Assembly (NCBI GenBank): GCA_965199955.1
Contig: CBDATQ010000001.1
Coordinates: 1,984,001 to 2,048,000, forward strand
Source of the DNA: Spirochaetia bacterium
Lineage (GTDB): Bacteria; Spirochaetota; Spirochaetia; SZUA-6; Bin103
Direction of reading: 5' to 3'
Length of the DNA stretch: 64,000 bases
Shown here: in pieces, positions 51,583-62,096 of the stretch
Layout: each line of letters starts with the position of its first letter
Position numbering within the stretch: position 1 is the first letter of the stretch
The notes under the pieces: generated by a model
Told to the model about the DNA's origin: nothing
What the model saw: only the letters and a program-made list of their open reading frames with translations
Database searches by the model: none
Position numbers and translations under genes: made by a program

Positions 51583-52592
51583 GCTCGGCTTCTCCGCCGC
51601 ATGACTGCCAGTGCCGCGTGCCGGATCGCCCAGGTGAGGCGCCCGTACAGGCCGTCCCTGGCCAGCAGGACGACGGCGATGAAGAACAGCCCCATGATGA
51701 GCTGCCAGTGATCGGCCATCTCCGGCGGGAGGGAGAGGCTTTTCCAGAACGCGCCGTCGTTCAGTTGATTGCGGAGGACGATGTACAGCGCCGCGCCGCC
51801 GGCGGCGCCGATCAGGCTGCCGCTGCCTCCCAGGATGACGATGATCAGCGCCTCGCCCGAGAGGGTCCAGAAGGCCAGGTCCGGGGACACGAAGCCGGTG
51901 TGCTGCGCCATCAGGGCCCCGGCCAGACCGGCGACCGCGCCCGCGGCGCCGAAGGCTGCCAGCTTGTAGCGCCGTACCGGGCACCCGAGCGACGCCAGCC
52001 GGCCCGGGTTCTGGTGAATGGCCGTGAGCATCATGCCGAATGGAGAGCGGCGAAGGATCAGCAGGGCCAGGTAGACCAGCAGCGCGGCGATGAGGACTCC
52101 GGCGGCGAACACCGCCGGATCTCCGGAGTCCAGCCCGAGCGGGGCCAGATCGAAACGCGGCGTGCCGGCCATGCCGTTGTCTCCGCCGAAGACCCGCGCC
52201 TTGACGAAGTAGGCATGGACCATCTGCCCGATGGCGAGGGTGATCATGATGAAGAACACGCCGGTCAGGCGCACCGCGAAGAAGCCGACGCCCACGGCGA
52301 TCGCCGCCGCGGCCGCCACCGACAGCCCCACCGCCGCGAGCGGCGGCCAGCCCCAGAGGACCGTGGCGGCGGCGGTGGCGTAGGCGCCGAGCGCCAGGAA
52401 TCCCGCGTGTCCGAGCGAGACCATGCCGGCGGCACCCACCAGGAGGTCGAGGCTCATGGCGAAGATCGCCAGGATCGCCACCTCGGCCAACAGCTCCATT
52501 CCGAAGTAACCGGCCCCGAACCAGGCGGCGACGGCGATGCCCGCGAGGACTCCCGCCACCGGGAGCTGGAGGGGGTCGCGACCGTTCATCAC
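51579..52592 (-). CDS. livM: Liv-type ABC permease
   Basis: GMVSLGHAGF, ITLAIG, GGDNG, ILGGSGS. Confidence 0.88.
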
Positions 52593-53470
52593 TGCTCTCC
52601 GCCGCGGACCGGGATCAGGCCGGCCGGCTTGATGAGCAGGATCATGGCCATGAGGGCGTAGATCGTTACCCGCGCCAGCTCGGGAAGCACGACCTGGCCG
52701 TAGGTGTCGGCGATGCCGATGATCAGCGAGCCGAGGGCCACGCCCTTGAGGCTACCGGGGCCGCCCAGCACCACGACGATGAGGGCCAGGATCAGCACCT
52801 TCATGTCCATCCCCGGCGCGATGGCGAGCACCGGCGCCGCGATCACGCCGGCGACTCCGGCCAGCAGGCACCCCAAGCAGAACACCAGGAAGAAGACGCG
52901 GCCGATGTCGAGGCCGAGCGCCGCCACCATGGTGCGGTCGTCCACGCCGGCGCGCACGATGGCGCCGACGCGGGTGCGCTCCAGCGCAAGGTAGAGCAGC
53001 AGGAAGGCAGCCACGCCCAGGGCGATGATGAACAGGCGGTAGGTGGGATAGACCTGTCCCAGCACGGAGCCGCGGCCGGACAGCAGCGCCGGCACGTCGA
53101 TGATGTGCGGCAGCGATCCCCAGATGATGTCGACCGTCTCGATCCCGACGAAGATCAGGCCGAAGGTCACGAGCACCTGCTTCATGGGGTCGGCCCGCTG
53201 CATGTGGCGCAGCAGTACCAGGTAGAGCAGTCCTCCGATCAGGGCGACGCCGAGCGGGGCAAGCAGCAGGGCCAGCCAGAAGGACTCGAAGGCGCGGACT
53301 GCGCTCAGGGCCAGGTAGGCGCCGGCCATGAACAGCGTTCCGTGCGCCAGGTTGATGAAGTTCATCAGCCCGAACACCACGGACAGCCCGATCGACAGCA
53401 GGAACAGCAGCGCCGAGAGCTGCAGCCCGTTGAGGGTCTGGACGATCAGGAACCCGGGATCAAGGAGCAC
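52589..53470 (-). CDS. livH: Liv-type ABC permease
   Basis: GLSVVFGLMNFINLAHG, VVVLGG.GS. Confidence 0.88.
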   Translation of the reverse strand: MLLDPGFLIVQTLNGLQLSALLFLLSIGLSVVFGLMNFINLAHGTLFMAGAYLALSAVRAFESFWLALLLAPLGVALIGGLLYLVLLRHMQRADPMKQVLVTFGLIFVGIETVDIIWGSLPHIIDVPALLSGRGSVLGQVYPTYRLFIIALGVAAFLLLYLALERTRVGAIVRAGVDDRTMVAALGLDIGRVFFLVFCLGCLLAGVAGVIAAPVLAIAPGMDMKVLILALIVVVLGGPGSLKGVALGSLIIGIADTYGQVVLPELARVTIYALMAMILLIKPAGLIPVRGGEQ

Positions 53471-53561
53471 GGTTACCCCGCCGCGCGAATTACCAGGTAC
53501 AACAGGTGCACGGGATCCGACGCGGTGAACGTGCGTCGCGAGAGGATCAGCCCCTGGTCTG

Positions 53562-54740
53562 CTACAGCTCGCAGCCGTTGGGCGGGTCCTGGACGTCGGC
53601 CACCATGTCCTGGACCACCGCCGCGACGCCGTCGCCTTGGGCCTGGACCTCGAAGATGTAGACGTTCTGGATCACGTTGTTGGTTGCCGGATCGATGCGG
53701 AACGGTCCGCGGGGGCCGTCGAAGCGGATGTCGCGCATCGCCGCGACCAGGGCCGCCCTGTCCTCGGTGTCGCCGCCGGTGGCCCTGAGGGCCTCGACGA
53801 TGAGTCGGGCGCTGTCGTAGGCGGCGACGCCGAACTCCGACCCGTCACGTCCGTGCGCGGCGCGGAACTTCTCCTGGAAGACGTGGTTCGCCGGCGTGTC
53901 GATCGACGGCACGTAGTTGAGGATCCCCAGGGTTCCCTCCGCGTCCATGCCCTGCGCGTTGACGTACAGCGCGGAGTTGAGCCAGCCGGCGCCGGCGAGC
54001 TGAATCTCGTCCTTCAGCCCGAAGGCCGCCCACTCCTTGACGAACTGGATCGCCGGGCCGCCCGCGAAGAACACGTACGCCGCATCCGGGTTCGCGGCCT
54101 TCACCTTCGCCAGGTAAGGGCCGAAGTCCTCGGTCTCGCCCAGCGGCGGATACTCCTCGCCGATGACGGTGCCTCCGGCGGCGACGAAGCCAGAGCGAAA
54201 CGCCTCCATGGCCTGGTGTCCCGCCGCGTAGTCGAACGCCATCAGGAACACGTTTCGGTAGCCCCGGGCAGCCATCCACGGCCCCATCTCGCGGCTGATC
54301 TGCGCGTTGGAGAATGAAGAGCGCAGGATCCACGGGCTGCAGAGCGGGCCGGTGAGGTCGTCGTTGCCGGCGTTGGTGACGATCAGCGGCACCTCGGCGT
54401 TGTGCACGAAGTCGCGCACGGCGCCGGCCACCGCGGAGGAGATGATGCCCACCACGATGTCCACCTCATCCCTGAGGACCAGTCTCTTGATCAGCGCCAG
54501 GCCGGTGCCCGGATTCGCTTCGCTGTCGGCATGGATCAGCTCTATGGGGCGACCGGCCACCTCGCGGCCGAACTCGTCGAAGCCCAGCTCCAGGGCCAGC
54601 GTCTGGTCGCCGCCGAGTCCGGCGCAGACCCCCGAGGAAGGCAGCAGCACGCCGATCCTGACCGGTTCGGCGCCGGCGCCGGCAGCGCACACGGTGAGAG
54701 CGGCGATCGCCGCCGCGACGGTCCTGATCACGCTTTTCAT
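53562..54740 (-). CDS. Liv-type ABC substrate-binding protein
   Basis: Signal peptide, RIGVLLP.SG, DYAAG, FFAG, GPRGPF. Confidence 0.88.
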   Translation of the reverse strand: MKSVIRTVAAAIAALTVCAAGAGAEPVRIGVLLPSSGVCAGLGGDQTLALELGFDEFGREVAGRPIELIHADSEANPGTGLALIKRLVLRDEVDIVVGIISSAVAGAVRDFVHNAEVPLIVTNAGNDDLTGPLCSPWILRSSFSNAQISREMGPWMAARGYRNVFLMAFDYAAGHQAMEAFRSGFVAAGGTVIGEEYPPLGETEDFGPYLAKVKAANPDAAYVFFAGGPAIQFVKEWAAFGLKDEIQLAGAGWLNSALYVNAQGMDAEGTLGILNYVPSIDTPANHVFQEKFRAAHGRDGSEFGVAAYDSARLIVEALRATGGDTEDRAALVAAMRDIRFDGPRGPFRIDPATNNVIQNVYIFEVQAQGDGVAAVVQDMVADVQDPPNGCEL

Positions 54741-54897
54741 GGGGTGAATCCTAGTCGGGTCGGTTCAGGGATGTCCAGGATTCCGGGGACGGTACGGTAA
54801 CGCAGGGGAACGCCCAGTCCGAGTTGGCCGACCGTCCGGGGACAGGCTATCCTGGAACCGCCATGCGCCTCCGCGAACGCCCCCGCGCCGGGGCCGC

Positions 54898-57800
54898 ATG
54901 ATGCCCGGCGCCACGGAAGTCGTCGGGGTCGGCGGCTGTCTGACGACGCCGCTGACGGTGGCCGGCATCGACCATACGTCCGTGCGGGCGGCGGTCGCCC
55001 GCGCGTTCGCGGAGCAGCGGGCGTTTCCCTTCCTGCCGGACACGGAGTGGAGCGCCGCTGTCCCGGAGCAGCACGCGGAGCGGACGGCTGCCGTCCGCGC
55101 TGAGGCGGTTGCGGCGGCGACGAAGAGCCCCACGACCGCCGACCGATTCAACCGTGACGCGCGGCTGATCGAACGGCTGGATGCCGCCGTCCGCCTCACG
55201 CATGAAGCGATCGCCGCGATCGGCGGCGAGGGACGCCAGACGCTCGAACGGCGGCGATTCGTGCTGATCAGGGAAGCGCCGGAAGCCACCTGCCTCTACG
55301 AGGAAGGGGAGACCGGCGTCGTCGCGCGAGTCGGGCAGGGACCGCTGGAGCTGCGTCAGCCTACGATCTACCTGGGCCTGCGCCTGTTCGACCTGCTGGC
55401 CGCGGAGCAGGTAGATCGCGGCGGCACGGTGCCGGAAGCGCTGCTCTCCATCCTGCGGCTGGAAGAGCGTGCGATCGAGACCGGCTACTCGCACGTGGAG
55501 CCGCTGGACGCGCCCAGGCGCGAGGCCCTGGAACGCCTGTTCGGCGTCCTGCGCCAGCCGATCGCGGGACTGACGCCGGCCGAGCCCGAGCCGGAGCGGC
55601 AGCGGCGGCCGATGCGCTTCTCGCAGGCGCTCAGGCAGGCGACGCTGCGCCAGTTGAACGCACGGCGGGCCGACGCGCCGCTGGATTTCGACCCCGCCAT
55701 ATGCGTGTCCGCCATGCGCCGCCTGGAGCGCACCGCACAGCGCGCCAAGGCGTACGGCGGCGATTCGGTGCGCCGCGAGGTGATGCGGCTGCTGGTCGCC
55801 GCCTCCGGGCACGACCTGGACGAGGTGCGCAACCACGCCAACCTGCTGCTGGAGCGCATGCTCGCCCCCAAGGAATTCGCCGCTCCGCTTGCGCGGACGT
55901 TCCTGACCGCCATGCAGGGGACGGAGCACCACTTCAGCTTCGATCTCCCGCGCAGCCGCGGCCGGTACCGGCTCCGGATCTACCGGGGCCGCGGCCAACG
56001 GCGCTATCCGAGCGAGGCGGACCTGGACTACGTGGATGTCGATCTGGCCCGGTCGTCGCCGGGATCACCGCACACCGCCACCTGGCGATTCGACGAGCTC
56101 GGGCACTACGACTTCTGCGTGGCGAGGGAATTCGACAGCGGCCGCCGGGAGTGGGTTCAGGACGCCGAGTGCAGCGGGCGCATCAACGTGCTGCCCGACC
56201 TCCGCGGCGAGCTGGTGTTGCAGATCTTTCCCGACATCCACGGACACACCCGCGCCTACTGGGCTGACGTCGAGCATCCGGGACTGGTGTACAACGAGCA
56301 CGGGCAGGTGATCCGCCAGGGCACGTTCGCGGACATCGCCGCGCACCTCCCGGAGATCAAGCGCAAGTACGGGTTCACCGCCATCTACGTGCTGGGCGCG
56401 CAGAAACGCGGCAGCAACCGCGAGGACTGGACCGGCCACGCAACCTCGCCTTCGCCGTTCGCGCCGGAGAGCCTGACCGAGATGGAGCCGGCGCTCGGCG
56501 GGAACGACGGCCTGCGGACCCTGGTCGCCGCCGCCCACGAGCTTGAGATCAAGGTGCTGCTGGACGTGATCCCGCACCTCAACCGAAGGGTGCACGACGA
56601 CGTGCCGGATGAGGACGTCGTGCAGTGCTTCGACGACGACGGCACCCTGGTCGCGCGCTCCTCGACCGACGGCCGCTACGGGAGCTGGAACGACGGCGTG
56701 CTGCTCAACTACCGGCGCCTGTCGGTATGGGAGTGGCTGGTCGATTCGGTGCGCGCCCTGATCGACCGGTTCGACGTCGACGGGGTGCGCTGCGACATTT
56801 CGCACGCCCTGCCGATCATGATGAAGCGCAACAATGCCCCGGCGGTGCCGGCCGGCCCCCGTTCTGACGAGGAGCAGGTCGAGGGCACCATAGTGGTCAA
56901 CGAACGGGTCGACGACCACTATGTCACCACCGGGTTCTTCGACTCGGCGTGCCGGGACCTGATCGCCAGCCCCCTGCACTACCTGCTGATGCGCGAGATG
57001 GAGCAGGCCGCGCATGCGGCCGGCAAGCCCTTCTACGTCCACCTTGCCGAGGCGTACTGGGGACGTGAGCAGTACCTCAGCCGCGTCGGCATCGTTTCGT
57101 ACAACTCGGCGCTGTTCAAGATCTGCGAGCGCATCGCCCAGGGGACCTCCGCGGTCGGCGAGGTCTACCACCTGTACGACCAGCACTACCGCGGCGCACT
57201 GCCGCCCGGCACCGAGTTGATCGGATTGTTCGGCAACCATGACGAGCGCCGCCCGGTCAACACCTTCGGCCGCGACAACCTGCGGCCCGTGCTCACGCTT
57301 ACGTCGTTTCTGAGCAACGTGGTGATGGACTTCGAGGGCAACGCCGAGGGCGAGGCGTGGAAGGTGTTTCCGGACAACGTCTACGTCGACTGGAACCGGT
57401 TCGACAACGCCGCCGACCGCAGCGTCGAGCGCATCTTCCGCGACGTGTACGCCATCCACCGCCGCAACCCGGGCCGCGGGATGCTGGTGCCTACCGACCA
57501 TCCCCAGGTGGCCGCGGTGATCAAGCCCGCCCCCGAGGGACTCTGGCTGGCCGTGTGCAGCTTCTCGGCGGACAGCGCCACGGTGAGCGTCGACATGCGC
57601 GCCGCCGCCTCCTCGCTGGATGGCTCGATCGATCCCGCCGGGCGCTACGTGGTGGCGGATCCCACCTACTCGCCGGTCACCCGCCGCTACGCCCACTACA
57701 CGGGAGAGGAGTTGCGACACTCCACGCTGACCACCTCCGTGAGCTACCGGCAGCGGGTGAAGCTGCTGCGCATCGACCGGATCGCCGACGACGACCTGGG

Positions 57801-59799
57801 CGGCGGGACGGCCGAATCCGGGTATCCGCGTTTCCTGCGCGATTCGTTCGACCGCCTGCAGGACGCGCCGTCCCGCGAGCGGCTGGACCCCTCGTTCGCG
57901 TACCGGGAGATCACGCGCGCTGCGGCGACTCGTGGCGGTCTGGGACGGTTTCTGGACGAGAAGCTGCTGCCCCTCTACGAGGACGCCGAGCACGACGCCG
58001 TCGTCCTCGGCCTGAAGCGGGTGCTGTTTCACGCCTACCGGGAAGGCGGCCTGGGCCGCGGCGGCGAGGGAGCCAGGCTGCCCGCCCCCGGGAAAGGCCG
58101 CACGCGGCGCTCCCGGCTGCTGGCACGGGTGCTGGACGGACTGCGCAGCCGCCCGGTGGTGTTCGTGTCGGCGGAGGCGGAGCCGTTCTCCAAGAGCGGC
58201 GGACTGGCCAACGTGACCTGCGAGCTGCCGCGCGAGCTGGCCCGCCTGGGGGAGCGGCTGTACGTGATCACGCCGCTGTACCGCGCCGGCGAGCCGCGCG
58301 CGGTGGAGAAGATGCAGGCGGCGATCGACCGCTACGGCATCACCTACAGCGGCACGAACGTGAGCTTCCAGCTCGGCGACGAGCGCTACGAGGTGGGCGT
58401 GCACTCGGGCGAGGTCGACGGCGTGACCTACTACCTGCTCGACCACCACGAGCTGTTCGACGGGCTGTACTGGGGCTATCGCTCCAACGAGCGCATCCGC
58501 CGTCGCCTGGGCCTGGCGCGGGCGGCGGCAGAGGTGATCGTCAGCTTCGACCTCGATCCGCTGGTGGTCGCCACCAACGACGCGGCTGCCGGCCTGCTCA
58601 CCGGCATCGTCCGAGCCGATCCGCACTATGCAGAACCCTTTGCGCGCACCAGCTTCGTGCATGTCATCCACAACGGCGGCTGGCAGTACTTCGACTGCTA
58701 TGGCCGCTATGAGGACGGCACCGATCTGTTCGGGCTGTTCAACCTCCCCGGACACCACGTATCGCAGTTCACGGATCCGCGTGACGACGGCCTGTTCAAC
58801 CTGATGGCCGCCGGCATCCGCTTCGCGGACCGGGTGTTCACCGTGAGCCCCTCCTACGCGCGGCAGATCGAGCAGAACTGCGACGGGCTGGAGCCGTTGC
58901 TGGAGGACGTGATCGGCATCAACAACGGCATCGCCCGCGGGTTCCGGCGCGGCGTGCGGCAGCGCCTGTCGCGCTCCGGGCTGGAGGAGCACCAGTACCC
59001 GCGGCTGCGCGCGCGTATCGCCGAGGACCCGTTGCTGCGCGCCAAGCTCGAACGGCGGTTCCCGGAGCTGCTGGCCGACGACCCGGACGCCGTCCGCTTC
59101 CGCAGCCAGGCGCGGCGAGACGAGGTCACCCGCATGCGCACCAAGCTGCTGGCGCAGCTCGAGTACGGGCTCACGGTCGATCCGGACCAGGTGCTGTACG
59201 TGATGATCCATCGGGTCAGCGACCAGAAGGGGTTTCAGATCCTGCTGGAGGCTTCCGAGGGGATCTTCCGCAACCTCGGCGTGCAGGCGATCCTGGGAGG
59301 TCCCATCGCGCCCAACGACCACCGTGCCGAGGAACTCGCCGCCGGCATGCACGCCCTGATGGAGTTCTATCCGGGCGCGGTCGCCACGCGGATCGGCTAC
59401 CAGGAGATCAGCCTGCCGCTGCTGGCCGCCGACGCGTTCCTGATGCCGTCCCAGTTCGAGCCCGGCGGCATCTCCCAGCTCGAGGCGATGAGCTGCGGCT
59501 GCCTGGTGGTCGCGCACGCCACCGGTGGCCTGCGCGACACGGTGACCCCGCTGCAGCTTCGGGGCTCGACCGTGAGCGGGTATGGCGTGCTGTTCGGGGA
59601 CTACCAGGCCGACGCGTTCCTCGACGCGATGGCGCGCTGCACGTGGTTCTTCCGTCACGCCACGGCCGCGCAGATCCGCCGCGCGCGCAACAACGCGCGG
59701 CGCAACATCGTGTACTGGGACGGCGCCGCCCGCCGCTACCTGGAAGAGCTGCACGCCCTGCAGGAGACGATCCCGGCAGCGAATCTCCCGCCCCAATAA
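54898..59799 (+). CDS. GH13 alpha-amylase-like + GT5 glycogen-synthase fusion protein (1633 aa; exact start uncertain)
   Basis: GH13 regions LLDVIPH, DGVRCDISH, LAEAYW, GNHDE; GT5 motifs EAEPFSKSGGL, IHN, TVSPSYA, RVSDQKG, PSQFEPGG, TGGLRDTV; all in one uninterrupted ORF. Confidence 0.85.
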   Translation: MMPGATEVVGVGGCLTTPLTVAGIDHTSVRAAVARAFAEQRAFPFLPDTEWSAAVPEQHAERTAAVRAEAVAAATKSPTTADRFNRDARLIERLDAAVRLTHEAIAAIGGEGRQTLERRRFVLIREAPEATCLYEEGETGVVARVGQGPLELRQPTIYLGLRLFDLLAAEQVDRGGTVPEALLSILRLEERAIETGYSHVEPLDAPRREALERLFGVLRQPIAGLTPAEPEPERQRRPMRFSQALRQATLRQLNARRADAPLDFDPAICVSAMRRLERTAQRAKAYGGDSVRREVMRLLVAASGHDLDEVRNHANLLLERMLAPKEFAAPLARTFLTAMQGTEHHFSFDLPRSRGRYRLRIYRGRGQRRYPSEADLDYVDVDLARSSPGSPHTATWRFDELGHYDFCVAREFDSGRREWVQDAECSGRINVLPDLRGELVLQIFPDIHGHTRAYWADVEHPGLVYNEHGQVIRQGTFADIAAHLPEIKRKYGFTAIYVLGAQKRGSNREDWTGHATSPSPFAPESLTEMEPALGGNDGLRTLVAAAHELEIKVLLDVIPHLNRRVHDDVPDEDVVQCFDDDGTLVARSSTDGRYGSWNDGVLLNYRRLSVWEWLVDSVRALIDRFDVDGVRCDISHALPIMMKRNNAPAVPAGPRSDEEQVEGTIVVNERVDDHYVTTGFFDSACRDLIASPLHYLLMREMEQAAHAAGKPFYVHLAEAYWGREQYLSRVGIVSYNSALFKICERIAQGTSAVGEVYHLYDQHYRGALPPGTELIGLFGNHDERRPVNTFGRDNLRPVLTLTSFLSNVVMDFEGNAEGEAWKVFPDNVYVDWNRFDNAADRSVERIFRDVYAIHRRNPGRGMLVPTDHPQVAAVIKPAPEGLWLAVCSFSADSATVSVDMRAAASSLDGSIDPAGRYVVADPTYSPVTRRYAHYTGEELRHSTLTTSVSYRQRVKLLRIDRIADDDLGGGTAESGYPRFLRDSFDRLQDAPSRERLDPSFAYREITRAAATRGGLGRFLDEKLLPLYEDAEHDAVVLGLKRVLFHAYREGGLGRGGEGARLPAPGKGRTRRSRLLARVLDGLRSRPVVFVSAEAEPFSKSGGLANVTCELPRELARLGERLYVITPLYRAGEPRAVEKMQAAIDRYGITYSGTNVSFQLGDERYEVGVHSGEVDGVTYYLLDHHELFDGLYWGYRSNERIRRRLGLARAAAEVIVSFDLDPLVVATNDAAAGLLTGIVRADPHYAEPFARTSFVHVIHNGGWQYFDCYGRYEDGTDLFGLFNLPGHHVSQFTDPRDDGLFNLMAAGIRFADRVFTVSPSYARQIEQNCDGLEPLLEDVIGINNGIARGFRRGVRQRLSRSGLEEHQYPRLRARIAEDPLLRAKLERRFPELLADDPDAVRFRSQARRDEVTRMRTKLLAQLEYGLTVDPDQVLYVMIHRVSDQKGFQILLEASEGIFRNLGVQAILGGPIAPNDHRAEELAAGMHALMEFYPGAVATRIGYQEISLPLLAADAFLMPSQFEPGGISQLEAMSCGCLVVAHATGGLRDTVTPLQLRGSTVSGYGVLFGDYQADAFLDAMARCTWFFRHATAAQIRRARNNARRNIVYWDGAARRYLEELHALQETIPAANLPPQ

Positions 59800-59827
59800 C
59801 CGGAGCCCACGGGGCTCCGGTTATTGG
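59793..59827. terminator. 16-bp perfect stem hairpin between convergent genes
   Basis: CCAATAACCGGAGCCC-ACG-GGGCTCCGGTTATTGG, overlapping the stop of the fusion gene. Confidence 0.7.
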
Positions 59828-59842
59828 CCCACCCCGCCTTTG

Positions 59843-59892
59843 GCAAGGATCTGGCGTACCGGCCGCGCGCGGCCGGTACGCCAGATCCTTGC
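59843..59892. repeat. Perfect 50-bp palindrome with no spacer
   Basis: GCAAGGATCTGGCGTACCGGCCGCG|CGCGGCCGGTACGCCAGATCCTTGC. Confidence 0.9.
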
Positions 59893-59928
59893 AGGTACTC
59901 AGCTCCTTTATATGATTATGTGCGCAAT

Positions 59929-61984
59929 CTACTCGCCGGACGCGGCCGCGAGGAGCACCAGGGAGCGGGGGGCCGCGTGGTAGACCTCCTGGGGAGTGAT
60001 CGGCAGCGCCTGGCCGAGATCGCAGATGTCGTGCGGCGACGGCAGCGCCGTGTCGATCGCCCGACGCCACGCGCCGCCGCAGCACGCGGCGGGGACGGCG
60101 AACTCGCACGGCTCCTCGGCGGCGTTCAGGATCAGGCAGAGGTCCAAGGCCTCGTCGTGCAGGCACACGGCAAGCCGGGGCTCCCCGCTGCTCCAGTCGG
60201 GATACGCACCGCGCGGGTCCAGCCAGCGTATCTCCGAGCCATCGTCTTCATAGAACGTGTCGCGGCGCAGCGCAGGGTGGCGGGCCCGCAGCGCGATCAC
60301 CTCGCGGCAGAAGCGGGCGAGCTCGGCGTTGCTCACGTGCAGGGTCCAGTCGTGCCAGGACACCTCGCTGTCCTGGCAATAGGCGTTGTTGTTGCCGCCC
60401 TGCGTGTGCGCCATCTCGTCGCCGCCCAGCAGCATCGGCGTGCCAAGCGACAGGAACAGGGTCGCCATCAGGTTCTTGCTCTGGCGCAGCCGCGTCGCGT
60501 GTATCTCGGGGTCGTCGGCGGGGCCCTCCACACCGTAGTTGGCGCTGAGGTTGTGGTCGCTGCCGTCGAGGTTGTCCTCGCCGTTCGCGGCGTTGTGCTT
60601 GGCGGCATAGCTGACCAGGTCCCGGAGGGTGAACCCGTCGTGCGATGTGACGAAGTTGATGCTGTGGACGGGCCGGCGGCCGTCGTCCCCGTACAGGTCG
60701 GCGCTTCCCGTCAGCCGCGTGGCGAGCGCCGCGGCAGAGCCGTCACCACGCCAGAAGCGGCGTACGTCGTCGCGGAAGCGGTCGTTCAGCTCCGCCCAGC
60801 GCTCGCCGGGAAACTGACCGACCTGGTAGGCCCCGGCGGCGTCCCACGCCTCGGCGATGATCTTGGTATCGCGCAGCACCGGGTCCTCGCCGATCCGCTC
60901 CAGGATCGGCGTGTTGGCGCTGAGGTTGCCGAACCGGTCGCGTCCGAGTACGGAGGCCAGGTCGAACCGGAAGCCGTCGACGTGCATCTCCACGGCCCAG
61001 TAGTGGAGGCAGTCGATGATCAGCTCGCGGACCACGGGATGGTTGCAGTTGAGGGTGTTATGGCAGCCGGTGAAGTCCAGGTAGCGGCTCGGATCGTCGG
61101 GGTCGAGCAGGTAATAGACGCTGTTGTCCAGTCCCCGGTAGGAGAAGGTGGGACCGTCCGCGCCCCGCTCCGGCGAGTGGTTGAACACCATGTCCAGGAT
61201 CACCTCGATGCCGGCGGCGTGCAGGGCCTTGACCATCTCCTTGAACTCGCTCACCTGGCTGCCCGGCTCCGTTCCCGCGGCGTAGCGGCGCTTGGGGGCG
61301 AACAGGCCGATCGGGTTGTAGGCCCAGTAGTTGACCAGCGGCTCACCCGAAGCCGATCCGGGGGCGTGCTCGTCCGACTCGGTCACCGGCAGCAGCTCGA
61401 CCGCGGTCACGCCCAGCTCGTTCAGATACGGGATGCGCTCGGCCAGGCCGCGGAACGTGCCGGGGTGCGCCACATCCGAAGAGGGGTGGACGGTGAATCC
61501 GCGCACGTGGGTTTCGTAGATCACCGTCCGCGCGGGCGGATGGCGTGGCGCACGGTCGTCGCCCCAGTCGAAGGCATCGTCCACCACCAGGCAGCGGGGG
61601 CCGTCGGCGGGCAGGTCCGTCGCGCGAAGGCGAGGCGGCAGGGCGCAGGTGAACGCCTTGGCGTACGGATCGAACAGCGGGGCGTGCGGGTCGAAGAGGT
61701 GACCGGCCGCGGGCGCAAGGGGACCTTCCACCCGGTACAGGTAGGCGTGGCCGGGGCCCACACCGTCCACGACCAGGTGCCAGATGTCCCCGGTGCGGTG
61801 CAGTGGAATCCGTGCGCTCGGTGCGGCGCTCCCGGCGTCGTCGAACAGCAGGAGGGTCACGGCCGTGGCATGCCGGCTGAACAGCGCGAACTGCGTGGCG
61901 CCGTCGAGCACGGGTCGCGCCCAGCGGCTCCGGCCGGCCGCGGCGGGTGTTGGACGGCCCGGGAGAGCGGTGCACCGTGGTCAA
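59929..61984 (-). CDS. glgX: Glycogen debranching enzyme (apparent +1 frameshift near the 5' end, about 61915)
   Basis: IYETHVRGFT, NYWAY, DMVFNH, DGFRFDLA, IAEAWD, NFVTSHDGFTL, QGGNNNAYCQD; N-terminal GRPEPLGAT lies in the adjacent frame. Confidence 0.9.
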
Positions 61985-62096
61985 TGAGTACCACCGGCAG
62001 GCCAGATGCGCCAGACGGTGGACGGCCGAGCGCGTTCCTGGCACTAATACGCACTCTGGATACGGTCTCGGAGCCGTTCCGCTGCGAGGGTCACGA

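Noticed and set aside
56065..59796. 1243-aa antisense ORF (also 46987..49473, 59824..62100, 40642..43065, 62091..63881)
   Set aside because: Shadow ORFs opposite well-supported genes in GC-rich DNA, with no recognisable motifs of their own.
61905..61925. Programmed frameshift or pseudogenisation of glgX
   Set aside because: A single extra C in a short C run with no slippery heptamer; cannot be distinguished from a sequencing error without reads.
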